From: Myxococcota bacterium
GTDB taxonomy: Bacteria; Myxococcota_A; SURF-8; G963663525
Reading direction: 5' to 3'
Length of the DNA: 64,000 bases
Assembly (NCBI GenBank): GCA_963676915.2
Contig: CAXXVK010000068.1
Span: 64,001 to 128,000 of the forward strand
In this document: positions 9,523-20,391 of the stretch, one piece after another
Position numbering within the stretch: position 1 is the stretch's first letter
How the letters are laid out: every line of letters starts with the position of its first letter
Notes under the pieces: generated by a model
What the model saw: the letters and a program-made list of their open reading frames with translations, nothing else
Told to the model about the DNA's origin: nothing
Databases searched by the model: none
Position numbers and translations under genes: made by a program

Positions 9523-10854
9523 TTATACCTCCAACAACATGCGTTCGGGATTGTCGATGCAGGACACGATCCGTTTCAGGAAGGTGACCGCTTCCGAACC
9601 GTCTACGATTCGGTGGTCGTAGCTTAACGCCAAATACATCATCGGTCGAGCCACAATTTCGTCATCCACCACCACTGGTCGCTTTTTGATGCCATGCATT
9701 CCCAAAATACCGCTTTGAGGAGGATTAAGGATGGGCGTGGACAGCAACGAGCCGTACACACCGCCATTGCTGATGGTGAAACATCCGCCCGCGAGGTCGT
9801 CGAGGGTGATGGTCCGCTTACGTACTTTTTCGGCCAAACGTCCGATTTCTTTTTCGATTTCGGCAAACGACAGTTGATCGGCGTCTCGTACGACGGGAAC
9901 GACCAGACCTTTTTCGGAACCGACGGCAATGCCGATGTCGTAAAAATGGTTTTGGACGATTTCATCGCCTTGAATCTGTGCGTTGAGCTTGGGCACCGTT
10001 TTCAACGCATCCACGGCGGCTTTCACGAAAAACGACATAAATCCCAGGCCGACTCCGTGCTTGCTTTTGAATTCCTCTTTGTGGCGATTGCGCCAGGCCA
10101 TGATCCGGCTCATATCCACTTCGTTGAACGTGGTCAGGATCGCGGCTTCGTGCTGGGCCATCACCAGACGTTCGGCGATGCGGTGACGCAACGGTGTCAT
10201 CGTCGTACGTGTTTGACGAGGGGAATCCTCACCGGAGGCGATGGGTTGAGGCGATGGCGGCGGGGGAGAAGGTGTTTTCGGCTTGGGCGGTGCGGATGGA
10301 AAGGGTGGAGTTGGTGCGATTTTTTCAGGTTGTGAAGAATCTTTCTGCATATGGCGCACGACATCCTCTTTGGTGAGACGACCGTCCTTGCCGCTTGCCG
10401 GAATAGTCGAAGCCTCCAGACCGTGTTCGTCGAGCATTCGCCGCACGGCGGGAGAAAGCGGTCCGGCTGCATCGGGAGCGCCAATGATTTTCGCTTTGGC
10501 CTGTTCTACACCCGCTTCTGCGGAAATCGGTGGCTCGGGCGTGTTTGCTTTCGGGGGCTCGGCAGAAACCTCCGGTTGAGCCGCTGATGTGTCCTCAGAC
10601 GGCGTAGCGGTGGCAGTTGCCTCGGTGTCGAGGGTTCCGACCACCTGTCCCACCTGGACCGTCGTTCCCGCTTCGACGAGTTGCTGGAGAACTCCCGACG
10701 TTAGCGCTGCCACCGACATTGTGACTTTATCCGTTTCCAGGTCGAACAGCGGCTCTTCTTCTTCGACGGATTCGCCGTTTTGTTTGAACCACTCCACGAG
10801 GATTCCCTCGGTAATGCTTTCACCGACCTCCGGAACTTTGATTTCTTCCTTCAT
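9523..10854 (-). CDS. sucB: dihydrolipoamide succinyltransferase (E2)
   Basis: Lipoyl ETDKV, E3-binding SPAVRR...GKDGRLTKED, catalytic YDHRIVDG. Confidence 0.96.
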   Translation of the reverse strand: MKEEIKVPEVGESITEGILVEWFKQNGESVEEEEPLFDLETDKVTMSVAALTSGVLQQLVEAGTTVQVGQVVGTLDTEATATATPSEDTSAAQPEVSAEPPKANTPEPPISAEAGVEQAKAKIIGAPDAAGPLSPAVRRMLDEHGLEASTIPASGKDGRLTKEDVVRHMQKDSSQPEKIAPTPPFPSAPPKPKTPSPPPPSPQPIASGEDSPRQTRTTMTPLRHRIAERLVMAQHEAAILTTFNEVDMSRIMAWRNRHKEEFKSKHGVGLGFMSFFVKAAVDALKTVPKLNAQIQGDEIVQNHFYDIGIAVGSEKGLVVPVVRDADQLSFAEIEKEIGRLAEKVRKRTITLDDLAGGCFTISNGGVYGSLLSTPILNPPQSGILGMHGIKKRPVVVDDEIVARPMMYLALSYDHRIVDGSEAVTFLKRIVSCIDNPERMLLEV

Positions 10855-10893
10855 GCCTACGCTCCTGTTCGGATCGAAAATTCAAAAAATGGG

Positions 10894-13611
10894 TTATTTC
10901 GTTTGAAAAGCTTCACGAACGAGTCGTTCCTGTTCTTTTTGATGGATCTTCATGTATCCCGTGGCCGAACTGGCCGAGGGTCGCCGTCCCACGTATCGCG
11001 GATGCATGCCGGGGAAGATCTCTTCGAGAACGTGGTGCGTGTAAGGCCATGCGCCTCGGTTCTTCGGCTCTTCCTGAACCCAGGTGATTGACTCGATGTT
11101 TCCGTATCGTCCGACGATCTCCCGCATCAGCGTTTCATTGAAGGGATACAACTGTTCGAAACGGATAATCGCGGCGTCTTCGATGTCGTGAGCTTCACGG
11201 TACTCCAAAAGGTCATAATAGACTTTTCCACTGCAAAACAGCAGATTCCGAGCGGTCTCCGGGGCTTCGGCGTCGTCGAGGATTTCGTGAAAACGTCCCG
11301 AAACAAGGTCGTCCACCGGCGATACGCAACGTTTGTGTCTCAACAGACTTTTCGGTGTCATCAGCACGAGCGGCAACCGGAATGGGCGCTTGACCTGTCG
11401 CCGCAGCGCGTGAAAATACTGGGCCGGGGTCGTCAGGTTGCAGACCTGGACGTTGTTCTCGGCGGCACCCGCAAGGTAGCGTTCGAGGTAGGCGTTGGAA
11501 TGATCCGCGCCCTGTCCCTCGTACCCGTGAGGCAGGAGCATCACGAGACCGTTCGAACGTTCCCACTTGGCTTTCGAACCCATGACGAACTGATCGATGA
11601 TCACCTGCGCTCCGTTGGCGAAATCGCCGAACTGGGCTTCCCAGAGCACCAGCATGTCCGGTTCCGCCAGAGCGTAGCCGAAATCGAATCCCAGAACGGC
11701 TGCTTCACTGAGCAAGCTATTGTAAACGCAGAACGTTTCCTGGTTGGCGTCGATGTGATTGAGCGGTTTGTACGCCTGCTGTGTTTCCATGTCGCGCCAG
11801 ACGGAATGCCGCTGGGAGAACGTTCCTCGTGCGCTGTCCTGTCCACTGAGTCGCACGGGGATTTTTTCGAGCAGTAACGAACCGAAAGCCAGCGATTCGG
11901 CAAATGACCAGTCCACGGTTTTCATATCTTCTATCGCGTGGATTCGTGGGGGCAAAGCTCGTCCCACCTTGGGATTGATATGAAACCCCACCGGGATCGT
12001 CGTCAGCGCGTGGGTAATGGTTTTCAACCTGCCGTATGCAACGCCGGTTTCGACCGGATCGAAAGAAAACGGGCGGTCGAGGTTTTTCCAGATTCCCGTA
12101 TATGAAAACACTTCGGAGGTTTTGGCTTCTTTTTTGGCGGAAGCGTGTGCGTTTTGCAGTTTTTGTTGAAATTGTTTCTTGAGTTCCACCGCCTGGTCTT
12201 CACTAAGCTCGCCGTTGTCAACCAATCGTTGCTGATACAGTTTTCGAACCGAGGGATGCTTTTTGATGGTGCGATACATAATCGGTTGGGTGAACTGCGG
12301 TTCGTCGCCCTCATTGTGACCGTGGCGTCGGTAGCAGATCATGTCGAGCACCACATCCTGGTGGAACTCCTGCCGGAAGCGAAGAGCCAGTTCCGCCGCG
12401 TAAACCACTGCGCAGGGATTATCCCCGTTGACGTGGAAAATCGGGGCTTCGATCATCTTCGCCACGTCGGTGGCGTAGGTGGAGGAACGGGCGTCTTCGG
12501 GATCTGTCGTAAAACCGATCTGGTTGTTGACGATAATATGCACCGTCCCGCCGGTACGGTAGCCTTCGAGTTTGGACAGGTTGAGCGTCTCGGCGACGAG
12601 TCCCTGTCCTGCGAAACCGGCGTCTCCGTGGATCAGCAGGGGAACGATGCGGCGGCGCTCCTGTTTGTCTCCGGCCCTTCGTTGCTTGGCGCGTGCCCGA
12701 CCTTCGACCACGGGGTTGACCGCTTCGAGGTGGCTGGGATTCGAGGTCAGGCTGATATGCAGCGATTTGCCTTGTCGGTTGACGTGATCGCTGTTGTATC
12801 CGAGGTGGTATTTCACATCGCCGTTGCCATCGTCGGTATCTTCTGAGACAAAGCCCTCGAACTCACCGAAAATCATCGAATAGCTTTTGTCCAGAATATT
12901 GGCCAGCACGTTCAGTCGTCCACGATGAGCCATGCCCATCACGATTTCTTCAACCCCCAGCTCGGGAGCCATTTCAACGATCTCGTGAATGGCGGGAATC
13001 AACGATTCGGCTCCTTCGAGCGAGAAACGCTTGTGTCCGGGGTAGCGGTTCTGCAAAAAGTTTTCGAACACCTCGGCATCGATCAGCAATTCCATGATTT
13101 GCAGTTTGCGCGCCGTATCGAAGGATGGGCAGGAGCGCACCGGCTCGATTTGCTCCTGAAGCCAGCGGCGGATGTTCGGGTCTTGGATGTGCATGGTCTC
13201 AAAGCCGATCGGTCCGCAATACGTGGCGTTGAGCGAAGAAAGGATGTCCTGCAACGAGGCGCGGGGAAGGGCTAGAAAATCATTGGTGTCGAAGACCCGT
13301 TGAAGGTCGTTTTCGTCAAAGCCGAATGTTTTGGGCAGCAGTTCCGGGAGGGATTGCAGGTTGTGACCCAGGGGGTCGATCTGTGCCGCCAGATGTCCGT
13401 GACGTCGATAGGAGTCGATCAGACGAATGACGTTGGACTGAGCTTCGGCCTGTGTCGCCGCCACACAGGATCGGGGACACATCGCCATTTCGAATCCTTC
13501 GAAAAACAGATGCCAGGATTCGGGTAGCGAATCGGGCGAGTCCTTCCACTGTTGATACAAGGATTCGATGTAATCCGCGCTGGCCAGCGTGGAAAGGTGT
13601 TTGCCGTCCAT
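10894..13611 (-). CDS. sucA: 2-oxoglutarate dehydrogenase E1
   Basis: KRFSLEG, GMAHRGRLN, GDVKYH, HGDA, WEAQFGDFANGAQ, LPHGYEGQG; start approximated at MDGKH. Confidence 0.96.
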   Translation of the reverse strand: MDGKHLSTLASADYIESLYQQWKDSPDSLPESWHLFFEGFEMAMCPRSCVAATQAEAQSNVIRLIDSYRRHGHLAAQIDPLGHNLQSLPELLPKTFGFDENDLQRVFDTNDFLALPRASLQDILSSLNATYCGPIGFETMHIQDPNIRRWLQEQIEPVRSCPSFDTARKLQIMELLIDAEVFENFLQNRYPGHKRFSLEGAESLIPAIHEIVEMAPELGVEEIVMGMAHRGRLNVLANILDKSYSMIFGEFEGFVSEDTDDGNGDVKYHLGYNSDHVNRQGKSLHISLTSNPSHLEAVNPVVEGRARAKQRRAGDKQERRRIVPLLIHGDAGFAGQGLVAETLNLSKLEGYRTGGTVHIIVNNQIGFTTDPEDARSSTYATDVAKMIEAPIFHVNGDNPCAVVYAAELALRFRQEFHQDVVLDMICYRRHGHNEGDEPQFTQPIMYRTIKKHPSVRKLYQQRLVDNGELSEDQAVELKKQFQQKLQNAHASAKKEAKTSEVFSYTGIWKNLDRPFSFDPVETGVAYGRLKTITHALTTIPVGFHINPKVGRALPPRIHAIEDMKTVDWSFAESLAFGSLLLEKIPVRLSGQDSARGTFSQRHSVWRDMETQQAYKPLNHIDANQETFCVYNSLLSEAAVLGFDFGYALAEPDMLVLWEAQFGDFANGAQVIIDQFVMGSKAKWERSNGLVMLLPHGYEGQGADHSNAYLERYLAGAAENNVQVCNLTTPAQYFHALRRQVKRPFRLPLVLMTPKSLLRHKRCVSPVDDLVSGRFHEILDDAEAPETARNLLFCSGKVYYDLLEYREAHDIEDAAIIRFEQLYPFNETLMREIVGRYGNIESITWVQEEPKNRGAWPYTHHVLEEIFPGMHPRYVGRRPSASSATGYMKIHQKEQERLVREAFQTK

Positions 13612-13885
13612 GGGAGTGGGAGTGCGTGGCACGGGAAACCTCCTGGTTCGAACGTCAACGACACGAAACCGATACGACAACCCCCAAATGAGGGCATATC
13701 GCAAATCGTAAAGATTTTAAATAGTAAACACGATTCCTAAGTATACAACGAAAAAATCGACATGGGGGAGATTTTTCAAAAAGAACCCTATCCATTGAAA
13801 AAATAAGGAACACTTTTCCGGACTTGCGGGGTTGGTTGACTGAACGGAGCGATTTCAATGGGTTGTTGATTGAGAGTAAAAAAGC

Positions 13886-13937
13886 TTGACAGAGGAGTGA
13901 AAAGAAGTAGGATTCAGAATCTGAATACAGATTCAGA
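13886..13937 (+). promoter_or_regulatory. sigma70 promoter with overlapping palindromic operator upstream of tetR-family gene
   Basis: TTGACA (13886), 16-nt spacer, TAGGAT, overlapped by ATTCAGA-A-TCTGAAT-ACAG-ATTCAGA. Confidence 0.6.
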
Positions 13938-14014
13938 AGGCAAGTACGGCTTTCTGGGATTATTACAACGAAGGAAATAAACATCAAAGACGTGCAAAAG
14001 GAAGAGAGTTTAGG

Positions 14015-14648
14015 ATGGTGAACGTTCAAATGAGCCGCAAGGAACGGGAAGATTGGGAACGTAAAAAATACATCATGGAAACGGCAGAGCATCTTTTCGC
14101 CCAAAACGGCTTCGCGCAGACTTCCGTTGCGGACATCGCCAAGGCGGCGGAATTCGGCGTGGGAACGCTTTACAAATATTTTAACGATAAAGAAACACTA
14201 TTTCACTCTCTTATCGAGTATCGCATGGATAGATTTTTCGATAAGGCGGTGAAGGTCATGGAGTCCGACAAAGAACCCGTCGTCGTGTTGAAGCGTTATT
14301 TCAAGCTCTATCTGGATTTCATCGAGGAGCATTTCGATTTCCACAAACTCTATTTCGGCGTGGTTATGGCGGATGCCATTCAAGGAGACTGCTGGGAAAA
14401 CAAATATCAGAACATCAATCACAAAAAAATGCAGTTTCTCGATAGCTATCTGAAGCTTTTTCAGGCGGCGATCCGGAAAAAGCAGATTGTCGAAATGGAC
14501 CCCCAATTATCTGCTGTTTTCCATGACCGGTATGTGTGTCACGTTTTTTCACATGCTGGTGGCTCCGATTTTTCAGGAAAACGATGTTGAGGAAATGAAA
14601 CGCAACGTAATGAAAATCTACTTCGAAAAGGTTCTTATAGAATCTTAG
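14015..14648 (+). CDS. TetR/AcrR family regulator, frameshifted in a C run near 14500
   Basis: HTH: AEHLFAQNGFAQTSVADIAKAAEFGVGTLYKYFNDKE; removing one C gives MDPNYLLFSMTGMCVTFF...YFEKVLIES to TAG 14648. Confidence 0.88.
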
Positions 14649-14666
14649 AAGGTTGAGGGATATCTA

Positions 14667-15728
14667 ATGAATACGAAAAGTTTAGCTGTTTTGGTTTTAT
14701 GGCTTGGGTTTGGCTGTTTCGGTCTGGCCTGCTCCGATGGCTCTCCCGTCAACGAGGCCAAGGCTTCGGAATCCAAGGAAGAGAAATTCGTGCCGATCAA
14801 CGTGCTGGTTCAACCCGTGGCGTTGTCGAATCTGACCGAATCCATCACGCTCAGCGGGGAAACCGATGCGGACAAAAACGTGCTGTTTTCGGCAGAAAAC
14901 CCCGGAAGGTTGGAGTATCTGTCCATCGATCTCGGGGACCGGGTGAAAAAGGGACAGATTCTGGCACGCGTGGATTCGGCGTCGTTGAAAGCGGCACTCG
15001 ATCAAGCCCGAGCCAGCCACGACCTCGCTCAGAAAACGCACAAGCGTCTGACAGCCTTGCGTGAAGAGCAGTTGGCTAGCGATCAACAGTTGGATGAGGC
15101 GTTCGCCGCGATGCTGCAAAGCAAGGCTACGTTGGATATTGCGGAAATCAATTACAATAAAAGTGTGATCCGTTCCAGTGTCGATGGCTTCGTGGCGCGT
15201 AAAAACGTGGAGGTCGGCGAGTACCTCAATCCCGGTCAGGTCATCGTGCAAGTAGTTGATTTTTCGCAAGTTGTCGTCAAAGCGCAATTGCCGGAGATGA
15301 AGGTTTCCGCCGTCAAACGGGGCGATCCCGTCAAGGTATTCATTCCCGCTCTGAACGAAGAGGTAGAGGGCAAGGTCAAGGTTGTCGTCCCTGCCGCTCA
15401 TCCGACGAGCAAAACCTACGAGGTGCGGGTGAATATCGACAATCCCGAGTTTCGCATTCTCGTTGGTATGTCGGTGTCGATGAAGATCGAGGTCGGTCAT
15501 TACGAAGATGTGGTGGTAACACCACAGGACGTAATCGTCGAGGAATCGCAGAACCGTGTGGTTTTCGTAGAAAACGAAGGGAAAGCGGTGCGTAAAACCG
15601 TCGAACTCGGACCGGTCGAAGGCGCGAACGTTCTGGTGCGTTCCGGGTTGGATGTCGGGGACCGTCTGATTGTTGCCGGACATCGTGAACTCGTGGATGG
15701 CCAGCCGGTGAAAGTAATCGTTAATTAG
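14667..15728 (+). CDS. RND efflux periplasmic adaptor (MFP), lipoprotein
   Basis: Lipobox GLAC, GDRVKKGQILA, helical hairpin, IRSSVDG, GLDVGDRLIVAG. Confidence 0.93.
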   Translation: MNTKSLAVLVLWLGFGCFGLACSDGSPVNEAKASESKEEKFVPINVLVQPVALSNLTESITLSGETDADKNVLFSAENPGRLEYLSIDLGDRVKKGQILARVDSASLKAALDQARASHDLAQKTHKRLTALREEQLASDQQLDEAFAAMLQSKATLDIAEINYNKSVIRSSVDGFVARKNVEVGEYLNPGQVIVQVVDFSQVVVKAQLPEMKVSAVKRGDPVKVFIPALNEEVEGKVKVVVPAAHPTSKTYEVRVNIDNPEFRILVGMSVSMKIEVGHYEDVVVTPQDVIVEESQNRVVFVENEGKAVRKTVELGPVEGANVLVRSGLDVGDRLIVAGHRELVDGQPVKVIVN

Positions 15729-15817
15729 CCGTTTTCAGTCCGACAGACTGCTAACCGTTTTTTTTTAATTTCTGCCTAATTTTTTTCTGCCCGATCTACG
15801 GGCCGTAGGAAAAGTTC

Positions 15818-18800
15818 ATGAAAATTACCGAAACCGCACTGCGCTTCAAGACCACGGTGTATGTGCTGATTCTGTCGATCTTCATCGTTGGTATCAATTC
15901 CTATACATCGCTGCCGCTGGAGTCCTCTCCGGACGTGGAAATTCCGATCATCATCGTGTCCGTCGTGTATCCCGGAGTATCGCCGGAAGATATCGAAAAA
16001 CTGGTGACGAACCCGATGGAACGGAAACTGAAGGAGTTGAAAAACGTCAAGGAAATGACCTCGACGAGTTCCGAAAGCGTGTCCATTGTTCAGATCGAAT
16101 TCGAAACCGATATGGATATGGACGAAGCCTATCAGAAGGTTCGTGACAAGGTGGACCAGGCCAAGCCCGATATCCCTGACGACGTGGAAGACCCGGTGCT
16201 TACGGAGATCAACATTTCGGAATTTCCGATCATGCTGATCAACTTGTCCGGCGATTACGGCTTGGAGAAACTGAAGAAAGTCGGTGAAGACCTGGTAGAC
16301 GCCATTGAACAGATTCCCGGAGTGCTCAACGTCGATCTCGTCGGTGGATTGGAGCGGGAAATCCAGGTGCAATTGGACCCCGTAAAGCTGGAATACTACA
16401 AGATCGGTGTGGGTCTGGTTATCAGCCGCATTCAAGAGGAGCATTTGACGACACCCGGCGGGAACATCGAGCTGGGTGGTTCGAAATACCTCGTGCGAAT
16501 TCCCGGCGAATACCGCGACGTTTCGCAGATGAACGATATCGTGCTGAAAGCCATTGACGAACGACCGATCAAGATTTCCGATGTCGGTCGGGTCGTGGAC
16601 GGCTACAAGGACCGGGAAAACCTGTCCCGTGTCAATGGCAGAGAGTGCGTGACGTTGCGTATCGAGAAACGTAGCGGAGAAAACATCATCGAAGTCGCCG
16701 ACGCGGTACGCGAGATGATGAAAGATTTCGAAACGACATTTCCTACGGGTACGGAATGGATGATTCGTCAGGATCAGTCCAAGCACGTTCGGGATATGGT
16801 GAAGGATCTGGAAAACAGCATCATTTCCGGGCTGATTCTGGTACTCGCGGTGCTGTTTTTCTCGATGGGACTGCGTAACTCGTTTTTCGTCGCCATCGCG
16901 ATTCCGATGTCCATGCTGATTACGTTCATTGTTCTACGCGCCATGGGGATCACGTTGAACATGGTGGTGCTGTTTTCCCTGATTCTCGCTCTGGGAATGC
17001 TGGTAGACAACTCTATCGTGGTCGTCGAAAACATCTTTCGGCATGCCTCCGAAGGTATGCCCCGTGGGAAAGCGGCCCTGACGGCGACGAAAGAGGTTGC
17101 GTGGCCCATTATTTCCTCGTCGGCCACGACCATCGCCTGTTTCGCGCCGATGATTTTCTGGCCGGGAATCATGGGCGATTTCATGAGTTTTCTACCGAAA
17201 ACCGTCATTATCGCCCTGATCGCTTCCCTGTTTGTGGCGTTGGTGATCAATCCCGTGATTGCGGCGAATTTTCTGAGCAAGCGTTCGCAAAAACTGTTCG
17301 ACGATTCCGGCGAGGCGACTTCCGGTGTTTTGGGACGCTATCAAAAAGCGCTCAACTGGAGCTTGAATTACCCCAAAACCGTTTTGATGATGGGTGTTTC
17401 GTTGTTGATCGGTGTATTCATTTTGTACGGACGCTTCGGGGCCGGTGTTGAGTTTTTCCCCTCAACCACACCGGAACGGGGACAGGTGAAAATCAAAGCT
17501 CCGCAGGGTACGGCGCTGGAAAAAACCGATGCCATGATGAAAGCCGTGGAAAAACACGTGCTTAATGAGGATAACCTTGAGGATATCATCGCGAACGTCG
17601 GTTTCGAGGGCGGTATGGTGATGCTCGACACCGGTGGCGGCAATACGCATCTGGCGGTTGCGGATCTGGAATTCAAGGATCGTCACGAGCGTACACATAC
17701 CACCTGGGAAACCGTCGAGAGCATCCGCGAGGATCTCAAACGCTTCGCCGGAGCGGAATTCAGCTTCAAACTGGAGGAAATGGGACCGCCTACGGGTAAT
17801 CCGGTGGAAGTGCAGATTTCCGGTCCCGATTACGAGGTCAGCAACCGCTATGCTCGTCTCGCCAAAGAAATTCTGGGTGGCGTCGAAGGGGTTGTGGATA
17901 TCAAAGATGACTACGACGCCGGTAAGCCGGAAATCAAAATCGATATCGACCGGGAAAAAGCCAAAATCCGAAAACTGAGCACTTCGACGATTTCCCACGC
18001 CGTACGCACGGCTATCAACGGTACTGTCGCCAGCGTGCTTCGGGAAGGTGAGGATGAATACGATATCATCGTCCGGTACGAGTCCCAGGAGCGCGATTCC
18101 ATGGAGGATCTGCTCAATATCGTAGTGACCGGCAAGGATGATCTTCAGGTGCCATTACGCGACGTAGCGAGCGTGCGCACGTCCGGCGGTCTCGGAAGTA
18201 TCAAGCATATCGATCAAAAACGTACCATTCTCGTCAGTGCCGACGTGATGGGGCGTTCGTCTTCGGAAGTACTGATCGAGGTGAAGAAACTGTTTGAAGA
18301 AAAACTGAAACTTCCGGCGGGCTACACCTTCCATTTCGGTGGCGAAAGCGAAGAGCAGGACAAAGCCGCCGCCTTCCTCTCCGAAGCCTTCACCATTGGT
18401 ATCATGCTGATGGCGCTGATTCTCATTACCCAGTTCAACTCGGTGCTGCGACCGTTCATCATTCTGTTTTCCGTGGTGATGTCGCTGATCGGCGTGTTTC
18501 TCGGGTTGTTGATAACACAGAATAAATTCGGGATCATGATGACCGGAATGGGGGTGATTTCCCTTGCGGGAGTGGTGGTGAACAATGCCATTGTGCTGAT
18601 CGACTACACCAACCAATTGCGTGAAAAGCACGGATTTTCCTTGCGTGATTCCTTGTTGCGTGCGGGAATGGTGCGGTTTAGACCGGTCATGCTCACGGCG
18701 CTGACCACTGCATTGGGAATGTTGCCCATGGCGATAGGCGTCAGTATCGATTTCACAACGTTATCGGTGGATACCGGATCGTCGAGCGCCGAATGGTGGG

Positions 18801-18982
18801 GACCGATGGCCCAGGCCGTGATTTTCGGTCTGATTTTCGCCACCTTTTTGACATTGCTGCTGATTCCGGTCATGTATCAGTTGCAGGAGCAAATGACCGG
18901 ATGGTTTTCCAGACTTTCCCGGCGATTGAGGGGACGATCGGGAACCATCGCCGAAGCTTCCGGCGAAGCGAGCGAATCATGA
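15818..18982 (+). CDS. RND efflux permease (AcrB/AcrD/AcrF family)
   Basis: 1054 aa; YPGVSPEDIE, AIPMS, GMLVDNSIVVVENI, GVVVNNAIVLID, RFRPVMLT. Confidence 0.95.
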   Translation: MKITETALRFKTTVYVLILSIFIVGINSYTSLPLESSPDVEIPIIIVSVVYPGVSPEDIEKLVTNPMERKLKELKNVKEMTSTSSESVSIVQIEFETDMDMDEAYQKVRDKVDQAKPDIPDDVEDPVLTEINISEFPIMLINLSGDYGLEKLKKVGEDLVDAIEQIPGVLNVDLVGGLEREIQVQLDPVKLEYYKIGVGLVISRIQEEHLTTPGGNIELGGSKYLVRIPGEYRDVSQMNDIVLKAIDERPIKISDVGRVVDGYKDRENLSRVNGRECVTLRIEKRSGENIIEVADAVREMMKDFETTFPTGTEWMIRQDQSKHVRDMVKDLENSIISGLILVLAVLFFSMGLRNSFFVAIAIPMSMLITFIVLRAMGITLNMVVLFSLILALGMLVDNSIVVVENIFRHASEGMPRGKAALTATKEVAWPIISSSATTIACFAPMIFWPGIMGDFMSFLPKTVIIALIASLFVALVINPVIAANFLSKRSQKLFDDSGEATSGVLGRYQKALNWSLNYPKTVLMMGVSLLIGVFILYGRFGAGVEFFPSTTPERGQVKIKAPQGTALEKTDAMMKAVEKHVLNEDNLEDIIANVGFEGGMVMLDTGGGNTHLAVADLEFKDRHERTHTTWETVESIREDLKRFAGAEFSFKLEEMGPPTGNPVEVQISGPDYEVSNRYARLAKEILGGVEGVVDIKDDYDAGKPEIKIDIDREKAKIRKLSTSTISHAVRTAINGTVASVLREGEDEYDIIVRYESQERDSMEDLLNIVVTGKDDLQVPLRDVASVRTSGGLGSIKHIDQKRTILVSADVMGRSSSEVLIEVKKLFEEKLKLPAGYTFHFGGESEEQDKAAAFLSEAFTIGIMLMALILITQFNSVLRPFIILFSVVMSLIGVFLGLLITQNKFGIMMTGMGVISLAGVVVNNAIVLIDYTNQLREKHGFSLRDSLLRAGMVRFRPVMLTALTTALGMLPMAIGVSIDFTTLSVDTGSSSAEWWGPMAQAVIFGLIFATFLTLLLIPVMYQLQEQMTGWFSRLSRRLRGRSGTIAEASGEASES

Positions 18983-20334
18983 AACGCAGGAAAGGCAGAA
19001 GCATGAAAGCGTATCGAATCGGATGGCTGTTTGTCATGCTGGTGTGGATGCTTCCCGGCATACTGTCCGCCCAGGAGGCGAACGTACGGGAAGTCGATCT
19101 GGACACCGCTCACCGCATGGCGCTGGCGCAGAATCACGATATGAAAAACATCGCCGAGACGGTCAAACAGGCCGAGATATTGGTGTACAAAGCCTGGACC
19201 ATTTTGATGCCCAACCTGATCGCTTCGGGCAGCCTCACGGTCAACGAAGAAGAAGTGGCGATGCAGATCCCCGGATCGGACGGTTCGGCGCGTAAAGTGG
19301 TGATGCAGGACAAAGTCCAGCAGCAGGTGGGAATCACGGCGAATATGGCGCTGTTCAATGCGCGCTCCATTCCTTTGATTCTCAATGCCTACGACAACCG
19401 ACACATGTCGAGGATTACGGGGCGTCATCAGCGCAACGAACTGCTGTTCGTCGTTACGGCGGCTTATTACACCGTTGAGTCAAACAAAGAAGCTTTGAAG
19501 GTTGCCGAGGACGACCTGATCACCGCGCAGGAGTTCCTAAAACTTGCCGAATCCCGGCTGGCGGTGGGGCAGGGCGTGCGTATCGACGTGCTTCGAGCCG
19601 AGTTGGAAGTGGTCGAAGCGCAAAAACAGGTACAAAACGCGCAGGATGCCTTGAAACTGGCCAAGACGAGCCTTGCGTATCTTACGGGAATCAGAGGCGA
19701 GTTCGACATCGTGCCACCGGAATCTCCCGAGGCTGTGACCGGTGGGTTGGACGAATTGCATCAAAAAGCCATGAGGGATCGCCTGGACCTGAAAAGCGTT
19801 CGTATTCAGAAAAAAATGGCCTCTCGCGACAAAACCGAAACCTGGACCAAGTGGATTCCGCTGTTCGACGTAACCTATCAATGGAACTGGAATTCTGCGG
19901 CAGGATTCAGCGGGCAGAATGATAGCTGGCTGCTGGTTTTCGGTGCCAACTGGAATCTGTTCGAAGGCGGAATGAAATTCGCCGAATTGTCCGAACGCCG
20001 CTCCATCGACCGGCAGGCACGGAACCAGGTGAACAAGCTGATCCTCACCATCAAGGAAGACGTGGAAACCGCGCTGGTCGAGTTGGAAAAAAGCCGTCGC
20101 AACGTCAATATTGCAAAAAAACAGGCCGAGCTGGCCAACGAGCAATACCGGCTCGTGGAAAAGCAATACAAAATCGGCCTGGCCACCAGCCTGGATATGC
20201 GCGAAGCGACCACGGCGTTGTCGAAAGCCCGGTTGAATCAGGTGATCGAATCCCTGATGCACGATATGGCGATTCTTTCGCTCAACAAAACGGTGGGCGA
20301 GTATTATTCCCTGGCGGGAACGGCCGATCCCTGA
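18979..20334 (+). CDS. TolC family outer membrane factor
   Basis: ATGA overlap with the RND gene, signal peptide, two OEP-type halves (VTAAYY, WNLFEGG, YKIGLATSLD). Confidence 0.88.
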   Translation: MKRRKGRSMKAYRIGWLFVMLVWMLPGILSAQEANVREVDLDTAHRMALAQNHDMKNIAETVKQAEILVYKAWTILMPNLIASGSLTVNEEEVAMQIPGSDGSARKVVMQDKVQQQVGITANMALFNARSIPLILNAYDNRHMSRITGRHQRNELLFVVTAAYYTVESNKEALKVAEDDLITAQEFLKLAESRLAVGQGVRIDVLRAELEVVEAQKQVQNAQDALKLAKTSLAYLTGIRGEFDIVPPESPEAVTGGLDELHQKAMRDRLDLKSVRIQKKMASRDKTETWTKWIPLFDVTYQWNWNSAAGFSGQNDSWLLVFGANWNLFEGGMKFAELSERRSIDRQARNQVNKLILTIKEDVETALVELEKSRRNVNIAKKQAELANEQYRLVEKQYKIGLATSLDMREATTALSKARLNQVIESLMHDMAILSLNKTVGEYYSLAGTADP

Positions 20335-20391
20335 ACCGTTTGAACGAGGGCGAAACATTCCATTTCGATGGAACGTTTCGCATAATGGAGC

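Noticed and set aside
16990-17040. RND TM4 reads DN in place of AcrB's DD, and TM10 has N in place of K
   Set aside because: A common variant in this RND subfamily; not evidence of inactivation
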